A DNA stretch of 64,000 nt from an uncultured Pseudomonadales bacterium. Its GTDB lineage: Bacteria; Patescibacteriota; Microgenomatia; UBA1400; PJMF01. The DNA is taken from the NCBI GenBank assembly GCA_964620965.1, contig CAZUHV010000003.1:162093-226092 (forward strand), given 5' to 3'. The position numbers and the translations under genes were made by a program. The notes beneath the pieces were generated by a model, which ran no database searches, had not been told where the DNA came from, and worked only from the letters and a program-made list of their open reading frames with translations. Below, piece after piece: positions 10,294-19,851 of the stretch; within the stretch, counting starts at the first letter, position 1, and each line of letters starts with the position of its first letter.

Positions 10294-11772
10294 TTATATC
10301 TGCTTCATACGTTTGCTTGATTCTAGTTCAGTTTTTAGAATATCAGCAAATTCTTTTGGAAGCGAGTTGTCTTCATTCCAACTTGCAAAGATTTTTTGAG
10401 CTCTGACTGCATAGTCAGTATCACCATTTTGGCCAGTTTGCAGCTTTGGATTAGAATCTAGCTCTTGTTTTACTTTTTTGAGTAAAATTGGAAGGTTTTT
10501 ATGGTTTTTTTCATATGTTTGAATACAAAGATAGAATGCTGCGACTGTTTCTTCATGTGTTCCCACACAATCAAATGGTTTCGTTTCTGCTATTCCAAGA
10601 AGTTCTTTTGTAGTTTGCCAGAGTTCTTCGGATTCAAAGAGGTTTTTACCAAAGTATGCAGTAAGCCGGTCTTCTCCTAAAAATGGAAAGAGAATTGTCC
10701 AAGCAAATAAGCATTTTGAGCAGTGGCAACACCAAGCATTTTGCTTTTGTCCTTTGTTACAACTTCTAAACGTTGGATGGTGGTCTGGAAACTGGGCAAA
10801 AATTTGAGCAATTTGGAGTTCATAGAGTGGGCGTAAAAACGAAAAGTAGAAAGGAGCCTGTTCTGGAAGATATGTCTTAACGTATTGCTGAAAGTCTTTT
10901 TCAAATTCATATGATTTAGAGTATTGATGGTTTATTTCTTGATCACAATACCAGACGTTTCCTTCATTTGAGCTTCTCTCATTACTAATTGCAACATGCG
11001 TGTATCCAAACAAATCGGCAGTTAATAGGCTTAAAAATGCAAGATAGGCGCTGATTGGAACGTGCCCGTTGAGGTAGCCGGCCTCATTGAGCTCAAAGAG
11101 CTTTGGATCAATAGTTCTTGTAATTTTGATTTGTCTTTCTTGAGGAATGCGACTGACATCTATAGTGTGTTGTGCAGATTGAGGAGTGCTGACAATATAC
11201 GTGCCAACAGTGTAGTTTTTTTTGAGTATCTCTAGTGTCGTAGCAGAGTCTTTACCACCACCAACGGGTACGAGGACTGTAGGGGAAGATTTGGTGTCGG
11301 AAAAAGATGCATTTTCTTGAGATGTTAAAACTCTAGAGGTTGAGTGTTCCTTATTAGATTCAATTCTGAAGTTTACAAAGCTTTGTGTAGAAAAATCTAT
11401 GTTATTTTGATAGAAAAATTCTCCCATTCCTTTGAGGAGGAGCTTGTGCCAAAAACTTACTCCTTCTGGAGAAAGTTTTCCAGCTTGGATGACTATTTCT
11501 GGCGAGGCAGTGGTTTTCCAGTAGCTGTATAATTCTGCAAGTCCTATGGTAAAGGCATAAGTATCTATAGCATCTTTGCCAATTTTTTGAATCATTTCCT
11601 GAGTAACATTGTGAATTGTGACTGTAGGATTAAAGAAAATGTCTGGGCTAATTTTGTAAATAAATGTTAGTTTTAGGTCGGAATTATTGAGTAACTCCCA
11701 TGAATAACTCTGGTAGGTAAATGTTTTATGAGTAGCGCGCAGTTGTGTTGCTTGCTGTTTGAGTATTTGCAT
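10294..11772 (-). CDS. PP-loop (adenine-nucleotide alpha-hydrolase)-like ATPase with a C-terminal Cys cluster
   Basis: VPVGGGKDSATT resembles the SGGxDS PP-loop. The C-terminal CNKG...WCCHCSKC is a cysteine cluster. Its stop lies 6 nt from the murD start. Confidence 0.5.
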   Translation of the reverse strand: MQILKQQATQLRATHKTFTYQSYSWELLNNSDLKLTFIYKISPDIFFNPTVTIHNVTQEMIQKIGKDAIDTYAFTIGLAELYSYWKTTASPEIVIQAGKLSPEGVSFWHKLLLKGMGEFFYQNNIDFSTQSFVNFRIESNKEHSTSRVLTSQENASFSDTKSSPTVLVPVGGGKDSATTLEILKKNYTVGTYIVSTPQSAQHTIDVSRIPQERQIKITRTIDPKLFELNEAGYLNGHVPISAYLAFLSLLTADLFGYTHVAISNERSSNEGNVWYCDQEINHQYSKSYEFEKDFQQYVKTYLPEQAPFYFSFLRPLYELQIAQIFAQFPDHHPTFRSCNKGQKQNAWCCHCSKCLFAWTILFPFLGEDRLTAYFGKNLFESEELWQTTKELLGIAETKPFDCVGTHEETVAAFYLCIQTYEKNHKNLPILLKKVKQELDSNPKLQTGQNGDTDYAVRAQKIFASWNEDNSLPKEFADILKTELESSKRMKQI

Positions 11773-12380
11773 ACTGACCTTTTATTCTGGTTAGAAACTC
11801 GTTTATACCAAGTAGTGTATCTTATTTTTAGAGATTTTAATAGAAGTGCAGTAGCGTTGAAACGCAAATGAATTGTTGCACAATAAGATGAAAGCAGGTT
11901 GAGGCTAAAATTGGTTTTTTGGTAAAACTGGAAAAGTATCGGGTTTTGGAAATGTGGTGTTTTTAGTTCGGGTTGTAGTGATTAAAATATGATGTTTTTT
12001 GAGTGCTGGGGGAGGGGTTTTTCGAATTTAATCACTTATCTAGAAAAAATGTACTCAAAATGCCTTTTCAACAAGTTATCAAGATAAAGATGATAACAAA
12101 ATGTGTTTGTTTTTGGATTCTTTAGTTCGGAATATTGAACACAAAAATTTTTCAAAATTAAAAACACGAAGAAGATGCGAAAAAAAATAATATTTTACAT
12201 TTTTTAATTTTGTTCTAATTTTTAGTAAAATGTAAAAAAGAGCAGAGAATTCTTACATTTTTGCAGAAAAAATGCGCTCAATGACATATCTTTATAATTT
12301 TGCTAAACTATATCAGAGTGACAGTTTTGTTTGGGAAATACGTGGGGTAAAAAAACAATACTAACTGTTGATTTAAATTT

Positions 12381-13190
12381 ATGAAAAACAATGATAATTC
12401 AACCAATTTTCTTGGTTTTAAAATTGCTATCAATCAGAAACATGAACTGCTAAAAAATATTGTTTCTCAAGTTGAGGTTGGAAAAAAATTACAAACAGTG
12501 TTTACACCCAACCCAGAACAGCTTGTTTTTGCAAAGTCCCATAGTTCGTTCGAGAAAACTTTGGGTAAAGCGGATGTCTTACTTCCAGATGGTATTGGTA
12601 TAGTGATTGGGTCTCAAATTTTATCTGCTTTTGGGAAACAAACTCCAATTTTGGAAAGAGTGACTGGTGTTGATGTTGTTACAGAACTATTAGAAAAATT
12701 ACCAAAGAAGAAAATTCTGATTATTGGTGGCAGAAACTATGAGGGTTCACAGTATCAAAATTGGAAAGTGGTAAAGGCAGGTTCAAAAGTAGGTGGAAAA
12801 TCAGAGTTAAAGTCAAAGGGGCAAAGCGTTTTATATTGGCACGAGGCATTTTTGAATGTGAGTCAGCCAACAGAAGTTGAAAAAAAACAGTTGCTTGAAT
12901 ATATAAAAAAACTTGAACCAGATGTTGTTTTTGTTGCTTTAGGTGCGCCATACCAAGAGGAGTGGATTATTGAAAATAAAGCCACGTTGGAAACAAGCGG
13001 AGTCCGCCTTGCAATGGTAGTTGGAGGTGCTTTTGATATGTTGTTAGGAAAAGTAAAAAGAGCCCCAAAATGGATGCAAAGGATTGGCTTAGAGTGGTTA
13101 TTTAGATTGTACCAAGAGCCATGGAGATGGCGTAGACAGCTTAATTTATTGGTTTTCATGAAGATGGTAGTGCAAGAGGCGTTGGGGTAG
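12381..13190 (+). CDS. WecG/TagA/CpsF family (GT26) glycosyltransferase
   Basis: C-terminal signature RAPKWMQRIGLEWLFRLYQEPWRWRR, typical of WecB/TagA/CpsF. Confidence 0.8.
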   Translation: MKNNDNSTNFLGFKIAINQKHELLKNIVSQVEVGKKLQTVFTPNPEQLVFAKSHSSFEKTLGKADVLLPDGIGIVIGSQILSAFGKQTPILERVTGVDVVTELLEKLPKKKILIIGGRNYEGSQYQNWKVVKAGSKVGGKSELKSKGQSVLYWHEAFLNVSQPTEVEKKQLLEYIKKLEPDVVFVALGAPYQEEWIIENKATLETSGVRLAMVVGGAFDMLLGKVKRAPKWMQRIGLEWLFRLYQEPWRWRRQLNLLVFMKMVVQEALG

Positions 13191-13312
13191 AAGGTTTGTT
13201 TTCAATTACTTGAACACCTTAATTTTACAACGATTCATTCTAATTTATTAAGAGGATTTATGTTAGCATTAACATAGACGTATTTTTGAAATTTAAAAAA
13301 GGATGAAATCGT

Positions 13313-14920
13313 ATGGCAATTGAGACATATTCACTTCTTAAAGGGTTAAGAGAAGCAACAAAGAATAATATAGTTGGAAGGCCTGATACTGTTAAAGCTG
13401 GTGGGGTTAGTCAATTAAATCCTGACAAAAGAGATGCTCAAGTATCACAATTAGCAGAAGCAGTTCCTAATGTTGATAGAACTCATTGGCAGGACTCTGC
13501 TAAAGAGAAAAAAGCAAAAGAAAGAAAAACGATAGAACTTTTTGCAAGAATTGCTTCTACAATTAAAACAACAGAAGATGGTACTGCTGTTTGGAGAGAA
13601 CGAAGTTCTTCTTATGATGAGTCAGGTTATAAACCTGGTTCAAAATCAAGAGAAGAAGTGGTTAAAGAGCTTGTTGATTCTCTAGTACAGAATAAAGGTA
13701 CACTAATTTATGAAGTTTTTGGATCGGCTTTTTGTGCGGATGAGCAATTTGGAGGTTCTAACTATGGACAGATGCAACCTCATGAAAGAAGGCTTCTTAT
13801 AAATGTAGCTCCTAAGTTGATAGCTGAGTTACAAGCACAAAAAGGTGCTGATTTAGCGACAGAAGAGTACAGACAAAGAGCTGAAAGTACTATATTAAGT
13901 AAACTAAAACTTATAGCAAAGGGCAATTTGCCACCAAGATTGGTTGGGAAAGGTGAGTATAGTTCATATTCTCATGAGTCAATGTTGGCCTTAATGCAGG
14001 TTGAAGGCAATCATGTAAATGAAGTGCTTAAAAACTTTTTAGAAGATGGTTTAGTTGATGTTGATGACAAGATTGACGTTTTAAATAATTTCCCAATTAA
14101 TGATTTTGAAGATGTTTCTAGATTGATTAGTATAATTGCTGATGTTGATAGTCGAGGTATGAAAGGTGGAGATAAGATAACAGAAGCTGCAATTAAAAGA
14201 CTTAAATCGAAGAAAACATATGGCCACATTAACAATGAGACAATGGTTCAACATCAACATGTGACAAAAAAATTTGGAGCTTTTAGTCCTCAGGAACAAA
14301 GAGATATAGTTTCAGGAAGAAAAAATGTTTGTAGAGGTTTATTATTACAAATGAACTATTCTGGTAATTCTAAAGTCGCTTCTGAAGCTTTATCTCTTAT
14401 TCTCAGAGACATGACAAGTGAATGGAGTAGATCAGAAAGCCCTCGAATGTTTTCTGTTTATGGTGATGATCTAGATAGATTTAAGAGTATATCTCCAACT
14501 GTTATAAAGGCAATGCCAGGATTTGTGTTTGGGAAGAGTGCAGTTGACGAAGACGATGTGAGAGTTAATTCAGAAACAGATAAGCTCTTAGCAAAAGCAG
14601 GACTGCTTAAGAAACCAAACGTCATTCTTTCAGAAGCAAAAGCTTATTTAACGGGAGAGGTAATTAAAGGCGCTACTGAGCTATTGAAAATGATGGCTGG
14701 AAAACGAGACTATTTAGGTAACGTCAAGGTTGAGCAGGTTTCTACTGCTTTGGATGCTGCTATTGAAATGTACAGATCTCTGGACGTTTCTGACAGAGAG
14801 TCTATTACTATAAACAATTGGGATGTCAGAGAAAGCCTGAATTCTTTGCCTCGTCATATAAAGAAGGGCAGTTTAGTGAGAAAGCTTAAAAAACTTGGTT
14901 TTTCAGCTAGTGGGTATTAA
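13313..14920 (+). CDS. Hypothetical protein (535 aa) with no recognisable domain
   Basis: Long ORF with an AAGGA RBS and a strong terminator downstream. Confidence 0.55.
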   Translation: MAIETYSLLKGLREATKNNIVGRPDTVKAGGVSQLNPDKRDAQVSQLAEAVPNVDRTHWQDSAKEKKAKERKTIELFARIASTIKTTEDGTAVWRERSSSYDESGYKPGSKSREEVVKELVDSLVQNKGTLIYEVFGSAFCADEQFGGSNYGQMQPHERRLLINVAPKLIAELQAQKGADLATEEYRQRAESTILSKLKLIAKGNLPPRLVGKGEYSSYSHESMLALMQVEGNHVNEVLKNFLEDGLVDVDDKIDVLNNFPINDFEDVSRLISIIADVDSRGMKGGDKITEAAIKRLKSKKTYGHINNETMVQHQHVTKKFGAFSPQEQRDIVSGRKNVCRGLLLQMNYSGNSKVASEALSLILRDMTSEWSRSESPRMFSVYGDDLDRFKSISPTVIKAMPGFVFGKSAVDEDDVRVNSETDKLLAKAGLLKKPNVILSEAKAYLTGEVIKGATELLKMMAGKRDYLGNVKVEQVSTALDAAIEMYRSLDVSDRESITINNWDVRESLNSLPRHIKKGSLVRKLKKLGFSASGY

Positions 14921-14952
14921 TTATTTGATTAAAGAAATCAAAACCAGTTAAT

Positions 14953-14980
14953 CAAAAAGCCCCCAATCGGGGGCTTTTTA
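14953..14980. terminator. Bidirectional rho-independent terminator
   Basis: AGCCCCCAATCGGGGGCT hairpin with flanking A/T runs. It sits between convergent genes. Confidence 0.7.
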
Positions 14981-15007
14981 TATTTCATTTTTTATTGATT
15001 TTACAAT

Positions 15008-15277
15008 CTACATATCCTCACCAGTTACTCCAAGTAACCAGAGAACTGCTTCTTTTTTATATCTTCTGTCTCCGCGTGAGTTGATTCTAATTGCTGGAAG
15101 CTTACCTCTTTTTCCCCATCTTTTAATGGTTAATGGAGAAACGCGAAGTAAGTCTGCTACTTCACGAACAGTGAGCAGGTCTGGCAAGTTTTTGATATCT
15201 AATCTGCTTGCGTCATCAGCTCTCCCTGTTTTTTTATCTTCCTCTTGTACAGTGGTTGGCTGAACTTGATCGTTCAT
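15008..15277 (-). CDS. Excisionase-family (MerR-like, HTH_17) DNA-binding protein
   Basis: LTVREVADLLRVSPLTIKRWGKRGKLPAIRINSRGDRRYKKE matches the excisionase/AlpA-type HTH pattern. The N-terminus is acidic and disordered. Confidence 0.7.
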   Translation of the reverse strand: MNDQVQPTTVQEEDKKTGRADDASRLDIKNLPDLLTVREVADLLRVSPLTIKRWGKRGKLPAIRINSRGDRRYKKEAVLWLLGVTGEDM

Positions 15278-15527
15278 ATGTGCTGTCCTTTTGTTGTTTT
15301 CTGCCTAGAGTTATTTCTTTGGTTTACTCTAAGGCAACTCAATTTATACTATTTTTTGCAGTTTGCTTGACTTATTTTAAATTCAAATAAATCAATAAAA
15401 TGCTGTCTTACTAACAGTAAATAGAACTTACTGCTTAGCACATACCGGTGAAAAGTAGCTCAAACGTAAGCTTTGCTATATACAAAGTAGCAGAGTATTC
15501 GTAATTGGGTCAATAGGGAATTTTTGG

Positions 15528-17198
15528 TTACTCAATTTCAGTAGCATTAACAACTTCGCCTCCGCCGTGTTCATCCATTCCTACAAGATAAGCATTAGTG
15601 TAATCAATATTTTTTTCATCTAACCAAAGTTGAGCTATTTTTCTTAATTGATTCATAGTAACTCGACGATTTTGGTTTGCGGTAATAAAACCTATGCATT
15701 TATTATCTTTTATCACTGCAAAGTTAATAGCAATGTTGTGAACACTATTTTCTCTAGTTGGTATGTCATCAAAGGTATTAATATTAATGAGAGAAACTGG
15801 TCTTAAGATATTTTGACAAGATAAATATTCTTCTAGTTGGTTATTTGTATACTTTTCTGTGAGGATTGATATTAGTTGGGTATCACTCATAATTTGTATA
15901 TTTCCTTGAGTATCAAAGGTTACTATTGTGTGATAGGCAGGATAATTGTAGTTTTCTATTGGAATTCCACCCCATTGATCTTTGAGTTTAGAAACAAATA
16001 ACTTGAAAAAGTAATCTTTTTCTTGGGAAGAAAGCTTTTGGTATTTTGGAAGCATGTCTACTGACCAGCAGGCATACGAATTTGCAAAACATATAAATTC
16101 AATTAGGCTCATTGTTTTTTCTGCAACAACGCTTCCTCCCCAACCCATTGAAGGAATAGCTGTCCAAGAAGGAACTGTAGTAAATAGTGGATCTCCCCTT
16201 TTTCTATCATGAAATGAAAGAAACAACGGCCCTGTATGCATGTAGTTAACTGGAGAAGGGATTCCATGAGGATCTGTCATTACAGAGTCGGATGGTGGTG
16301 AAGGAAAGCCAAGTACTGGCTCATTATATCTGTTATGAGAATGGTAGGATGCTTTTTTTCCTTTTCTTTCTATTAGCTTTCTCAAAAATACCCCAACTTG
16401 ATACCCAATTACATCTTTTCCGTCTTGTGGGTAGGCTAGGGCAGAGTTGAGTTCTAATTTAAAATCACTATCAGTTGGTTCATAAATAAGAAGTTCGTCA
16501 AAAGCATTTTCTTTATTGGTTTCTATCCAACTGACGGGAATTGACGAAAGTGTGTAGCAAGGTTCAGTATGAATGTTTTTTTGTTGAGAAAAGTTTATAT
16601 TTATTGAGTGCTCAGAATATGTAGATGTTTCTTGTCTTTTTTTTGACTGTAGCATTTCTCCGATAAAAGCTCTCAGTGGGTCATAACTTGCAAGTAGAGA
16701 TTTTATGTCATCATATTTTGCCGTTCTTGCTCCTGTATTAGCAAGAATGCCTAAAATATTAAATTTTGAGCCAAAGACAATTGCAGCACTCCCTACAAGA
16801 GAAACTATGGAAGCTAGTTTTATAAACTGTCTTCTAGACATAGTCGTTGTTTCAAGTGTTTCTTTCCCTGATTTACCATCTAAAATTTTTCGTATTACCA
16901 AATTTAGTACTCCTGAACCAATGAGTGTTGCGAACCTATCATCTAGTGAGTTAATTCCGTTATGTGTGTAAATATTGGTAATTTTAAGGTGGGGAAGGTC
17001 ATGGATATGTACGTTGGGAAAAGGAAAAGTAATTGAAATTTCTGCTTGGTTGTCTGACAGAATTTGCACTTTAGGTTCTTGAAATTGAGTTACTATTTCA
17101 ATATTTGAGTCTTGTTGAGTGCGAGTTTTTTCTTGCGTATTCACAGTGTCGATATCAAAACCAGTAATCGCTAGAATTCTTTCTCTCATTGAAGGCAT
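15528..17198 (-). CDS. Hypothetical exported or membrane-anchored protein with a twin-arginine-like signal
   Basis: The track ORF runs to 17303, but a terminator hairpin lies inside its first 30 codons, so the start probably moves to MPSM (17198) or to MSRRQFIKLASIVSLVGSAAIVFGS (16841). Confidence 0.45.
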   Translation of the reverse strand: MPSMRERILAITGFDIDTVNTQEKTRTQQDSNIEIVTQFQEPKVQILSDNQAEISITFPFPNVHIHDLPHLKITNIYTHNGINSLDDRFATLIGSGVLNLVIRKILDGKSGKETLETTTMSRRQFIKLASIVSLVGSAAIVFGSKFNILGILANTGARTAKYDDIKSLLASYDPLRAFIGEMLQSKKRQETSTYSEHSININFSQQKNIHTEPCYTLSSIPVSWIETNKENAFDELLIYEPTDSDFKLELNSALAYPQDGKDVIGYQVGVFLRKLIERKGKKASYHSHNRYNEPVLGFPSPPSDSVMTDPHGIPSPVNYMHTGPLFLSFHDRKRGDPLFTTVPSWTAIPSMGWGGSVVAEKTMSLIEFICFANSYACWSVDMLPKYQKLSSQEKDYFFKLFVSKLKDQWGGIPIENYNYPAYHTIVTFDTQGNIQIMSDTQLISILTEKYTNNQLEEYLSCQNILRPVSLININTFDDIPTRENSVHNIAINFAVIKDNKCIGFITANQNRRVTMNQLRKIAQLWLDEKNIDYTNAYLVGMDEHGGGEVVNATEIE

Positions 17199-17213
17199 AA
17201 ACTCAGTATAGCA

Positions 17214-17242
17214 AAAACCCCACTCATTGAGTGGGGTTTTAG
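17214..17242 (-). terminator. Rho-independent terminator downstream of rplL
   Basis: AAAACCCCACTCATTGAGTGGGGTTTT hairpin with T-runs on both strands. Confidence 0.65.
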
Positions 17243-17336
17243 TTTTTATTTTAAGTTGAACTACGCAAAGTTTTTTAATAGTGCTTTGCAAATTTTGTAT
17301 CAACTCCTTTTTCTTCGAAAAAGAGAGGATCCAAAA

Positions 17337-17741
17337 TTACTTTAATTCAACAACACAACCTGCAGCTTCGAGGTCTTTTTGTGCTTGTTCAGCAACTTCT
17401 TTTTTAACACCTTCTAAAACTGTTTTTGGAGCTGATTCTACGAAAGTTTTAGCTTCACCTAAACCTAATTCTGGTTTGAGTGTTCTAACTGCTTTGATAG
17501 CACCAATTTTGTTTGAACCTGCGTCTTTTAAGACAACGTCAAACTCTTCTTTTTCTTCAACAGCTTCTGCTGCTGCGCCTGCCATTGGCATAGCACCCAT
17601 CATCATAGGAGCTGCTGCGGTAACACCGAATTCTTCTTCGAGTGCTTTTACTAATTCTGAGACTTCCATTAAAGAGAGATCTTTAACTGCGTCTACGATT
17701 TTTTGCACTTTTGCTGAGAGTGCTTTTGTTTCTTCTGACAT
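17337..17741 (-). CDS. rplL: 50S ribosomal protein L7/L12
   Basis: Typical N-terminal dimerisation helix, Ala-rich hinge and C-terminal domain ([11 protein letters not shown]...GLGEAK). Confidence 0.9.
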   Translation of the reverse strand: MSEETKALSAKVQKIVDAVKDLSLMEVSELVKALEEEFGVTAAAPMMMGAMPMAGAAAEAVEEKEEFDVVLKDAGSNKIGAIKAVRTLKPELGLGEAKTFVESAPKTVLEGVKKEVAEQAQKDLEAAGCVVELK

Positions 17742-17875
17742 GAATGTCCTTTCTTCTTGCTGTTTTCAGCGAGTTTTGTACTATTTTTGTTGATTCCTTA
17801 GTTTTAAGTTTTCAACGGTGTCTGTTTTAGCTGAAGACAACCAGCGATTTACTTTCAAGCTTGTTTACCAAGTGA

Positions 17876-18385
17876 TTAGGCGTTGCCTTTTTCAGCAATA
17901 GCTTTAAGAGCGTAAACCAAGTCTCTTTGGTTAGCTTTAAGAACATTAACAAGTCCTGTAGCAGGAGATTGTAAGGTTCTAATAAGCATAGAGATAAGCT
18001 CGGATTTACCTGGAAGTTTGCTGAGTGCTTCTACTTCTGCAGCAGAAAGAACTTTATCTTCCATGTAGCCTTGTTTAATCTCTAATTTTTCTGAGTCTTT
18101 GTGAAAGTCGAATAGGGCCTTGATAGCTGCAACTTCGTCATTGTTTGAAAAGACGACAGCATTCATTCCTTCTAGAGATTCAGAAAGTTTGCCTTTACCA
18201 ATTGCAATATCGATTAAAGTGTTTTTGGTAACAAGAACTTCACCACCTGCTTCAGCAATTTTTTGTCTGAATGCAACTTGGTCGTTTGCACTTGTTCCGG
18301 AATAATCGACGATTGCCAATGATTTAGCCGCTGCGATCTTGTCTTTGAGACTTTGGACCATTTGTTGGTTTTTTTGGTTTGGCAT
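17876..18385 (-). CDS. rplJ: 50S ribosomal protein L10
   Basis: L10 N-terminal domain, synteny with rplL. Confidence 0.9.
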   Translation of the reverse strand: MPNQKNQQMVQSLKDKIAAAKSLAIVDYSGTSANDQVAFRQKIAEAGGEVLVTKNTLIDIAIGKGKLSESLEGMNAVVFSNNDEVAAIKALFDFHKDSEKLEIKQGYMEDKVLSAAEVEALSKLPGKSELISMLIRTLQSPATGLVNVLKANQRDLVYALKAIAEKGNA

Positions 18386-18719
18386 AGTCTTTCCTAGAGA
18401 ACTACTACTTAATACAATTTCTTTTTTGTATCAACCAAAGATGGGGGAGAGTGAAAAAAGTTTTAAGTGTTTTTGTAACCGAGACTTGAATCTTGGTGGG
18501 GCAACCATTTGACGGTTTTTATTCATTAAAACTTTTAATTTTCTCAGCCTCGGCGTGTCTTATGTTTATTTGCGATTTTTGTTTTCGCAAGCAAATTGCA
18601 CGCTGTCTTTGGATGACAGACTGGAATTATATAATTTATATCAAGAAGTGTCAAGTATTTTTTTTCTTGAATTATCTAAAAAAGATTGATTTGAACTTAA
18701 AAACTAATTTAAATTAATT
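18386..18719 (-). promoter_or_regulatory. 334-nt 5' leader of rplJ-rplL; candidate L10-leader autoregulatory structure
   Basis: Unusually long untranslated gap with several short hairpins upstream of rplJ; L10(L12)4 is known to regulate via such leaders. Confidence 0.3.
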
Positions 18720-19373
18720 TTAAACCAAGCCAGGTCTTAGAACACTAGGCGCAGATTCTAGTCTTGAGGGAGTTCTTTCCTTATTTGGTTTTCCTGCAAT
18801 CCAATAAATCAGTGCCGTTGGGATACCGTCCTCTGAGGTTCCTACGACATGTACTTGAATTTCCTTATCTGCAAACTGTGGAACTGTAACGCCGTGTGAA
18901 CTTAAAAAGGCGACCAAATCATTTACTGGAATACTCAGAGATCGTTTTATACTTTCGTTTTTTTTGATTTTACTCGCAACTCTTTTTGAAAAAAATGTGT
19001 TTGGACTTTGAATGATCGAGGCTGAAAGTGGGTTACTTTCGTCTATAGGAAAAAATTTGTTGATTTCGACGAGCAATTCTTGGACAGATGAGAGTGGCCG
19101 TAAATCAATTCGTGCAGAATCTTGAGCTCCGTACTTGATTGCATAGAGTAATACAGATGCAACTCTGTTGTGCGCAGTCAGTTGAGAGGTTCTGGCTAAA
19201 AACTCTTGTTTGAGCTTTTTTGCACGACTCATTTGTCCTAAAGTTTCTTGTTTCAACTTGAAAAATAGATTTACAAGAAAAGCCATATTCCTATGAGTTT
19301 CTAATGAACGTATTTTGTCATTTGGAGTTTTTTCTGGTTTCCCCCCACTGATTTCCTCTGGTGTTGTTTTCAT
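18720..19373 (-). CDS. Hypothetical protein (217 aa) just upstream of the rplJ leader
   Basis: ORF only; no motif recognised. Confidence 0.5.
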   Translation of the reverse strand: MKTTPEEISGGKPEKTPNDKIRSLETHRNMAFLVNLFFKLKQETLGQMSRAKKLKQEFLARTSQLTAHNRVASVLLYAIKYGAQDSARIDLRPLSSVQELLVEINKFFPIDESNPLSASIIQSPNTFFSKRVASKIKKNESIKRSLSIPVNDLVAFLSSHGVTVPQFADKEIQVHVVGTSEDGIPTALIYWIAGKPNKERTPSRLESAPSVLRPGLV

Positions 19374-19498
19374 TTTTTGTGTGTATGTACAAATTACATA
19401 TTGTAATATTTCTGGTTTTGTTTTACAGTATACACCAATGACAAGTAATTTTTATTGGCTTACCAGCAACCACATTTGCCGCTTCCAAATTAAGATGG

Positions 19499-19574
19499 GA
19501 GAGGTTTGTGCAGCAGTAAGTTAAAAAAAATTACAGTCTAAGCGCAAACCTCTCAAGCACACGAGAGGTTTTTT
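19499..19574 (+). promoter_or_regulatory. Mutually exclusive hairpins (GAGAGG / CCTCTC / GAGAGG) ending in a terminator
   Basis: A 13-bp stem (GAGAGGTTTGTGC / GCGCAAACCTCTC) shares the CCTCTC segment with a downstream CCTCTC-loop-GAGAGG-TTTTTT terminator. Confidence 0.4.
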
Positions 19575-19643
19575 AATATCTGTAGAGTGTTTTTTTGCAC
19601 AGTACTGTCGACTTGGTTTTTAAGTTTTCTTAAAAATATCGAA

Positions 19644-19694
19644 GGAGAAGTGTATGCAACTAGGTTTTTCGCGAAAACCTAAAAAGAAAAATGC
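19644..19694 (+). CDS. Micro-ORF encoding a 16-aa Lys-rich peptide (MQLGFSRKPKKKNAKK)
   Basis: GAAGGAGAAG Shine-Dalgarno 4 nt before the ATG; not in the ORF track because of the length cutoff. Confidence 0.2.
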
Positions 19695-19851
19695 TAAGAA
19701 ATAACAAGCTATAGTTTTCTTATGCAAAGGAGCACTCAGTTCAGATAGGTGGATGAAAAAGTAAAGATGTTTTGCACAGGTAAAAATCAGAGATTTTCTT
19801 AAACCAAAGTAGTAATAAAAGTGTGCTAGGAAGCAAACAGGAGGTGTTTGT

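Noticed and set aside
10294-11772. Assignment of the PP-loop-like protein as tRNA-modifying TilS/TtcA
   Set aside because: The motif is GGGKDS rather than SGGxDS with TilS-type context. No CxxC...C TtcA-type pattern is present near the PP-loop. The gene is translationally coupled to murD rather than to tRNA-related genes. It is left as an unassigned PP-loop family protein.
17281-17793. 170-aa plus-strand ORF (Ala/Ser-rich)
   Set aside because: Antisense shadow of rplL; the composition is mirrored from the Ala-rich L7/L12 hinge.
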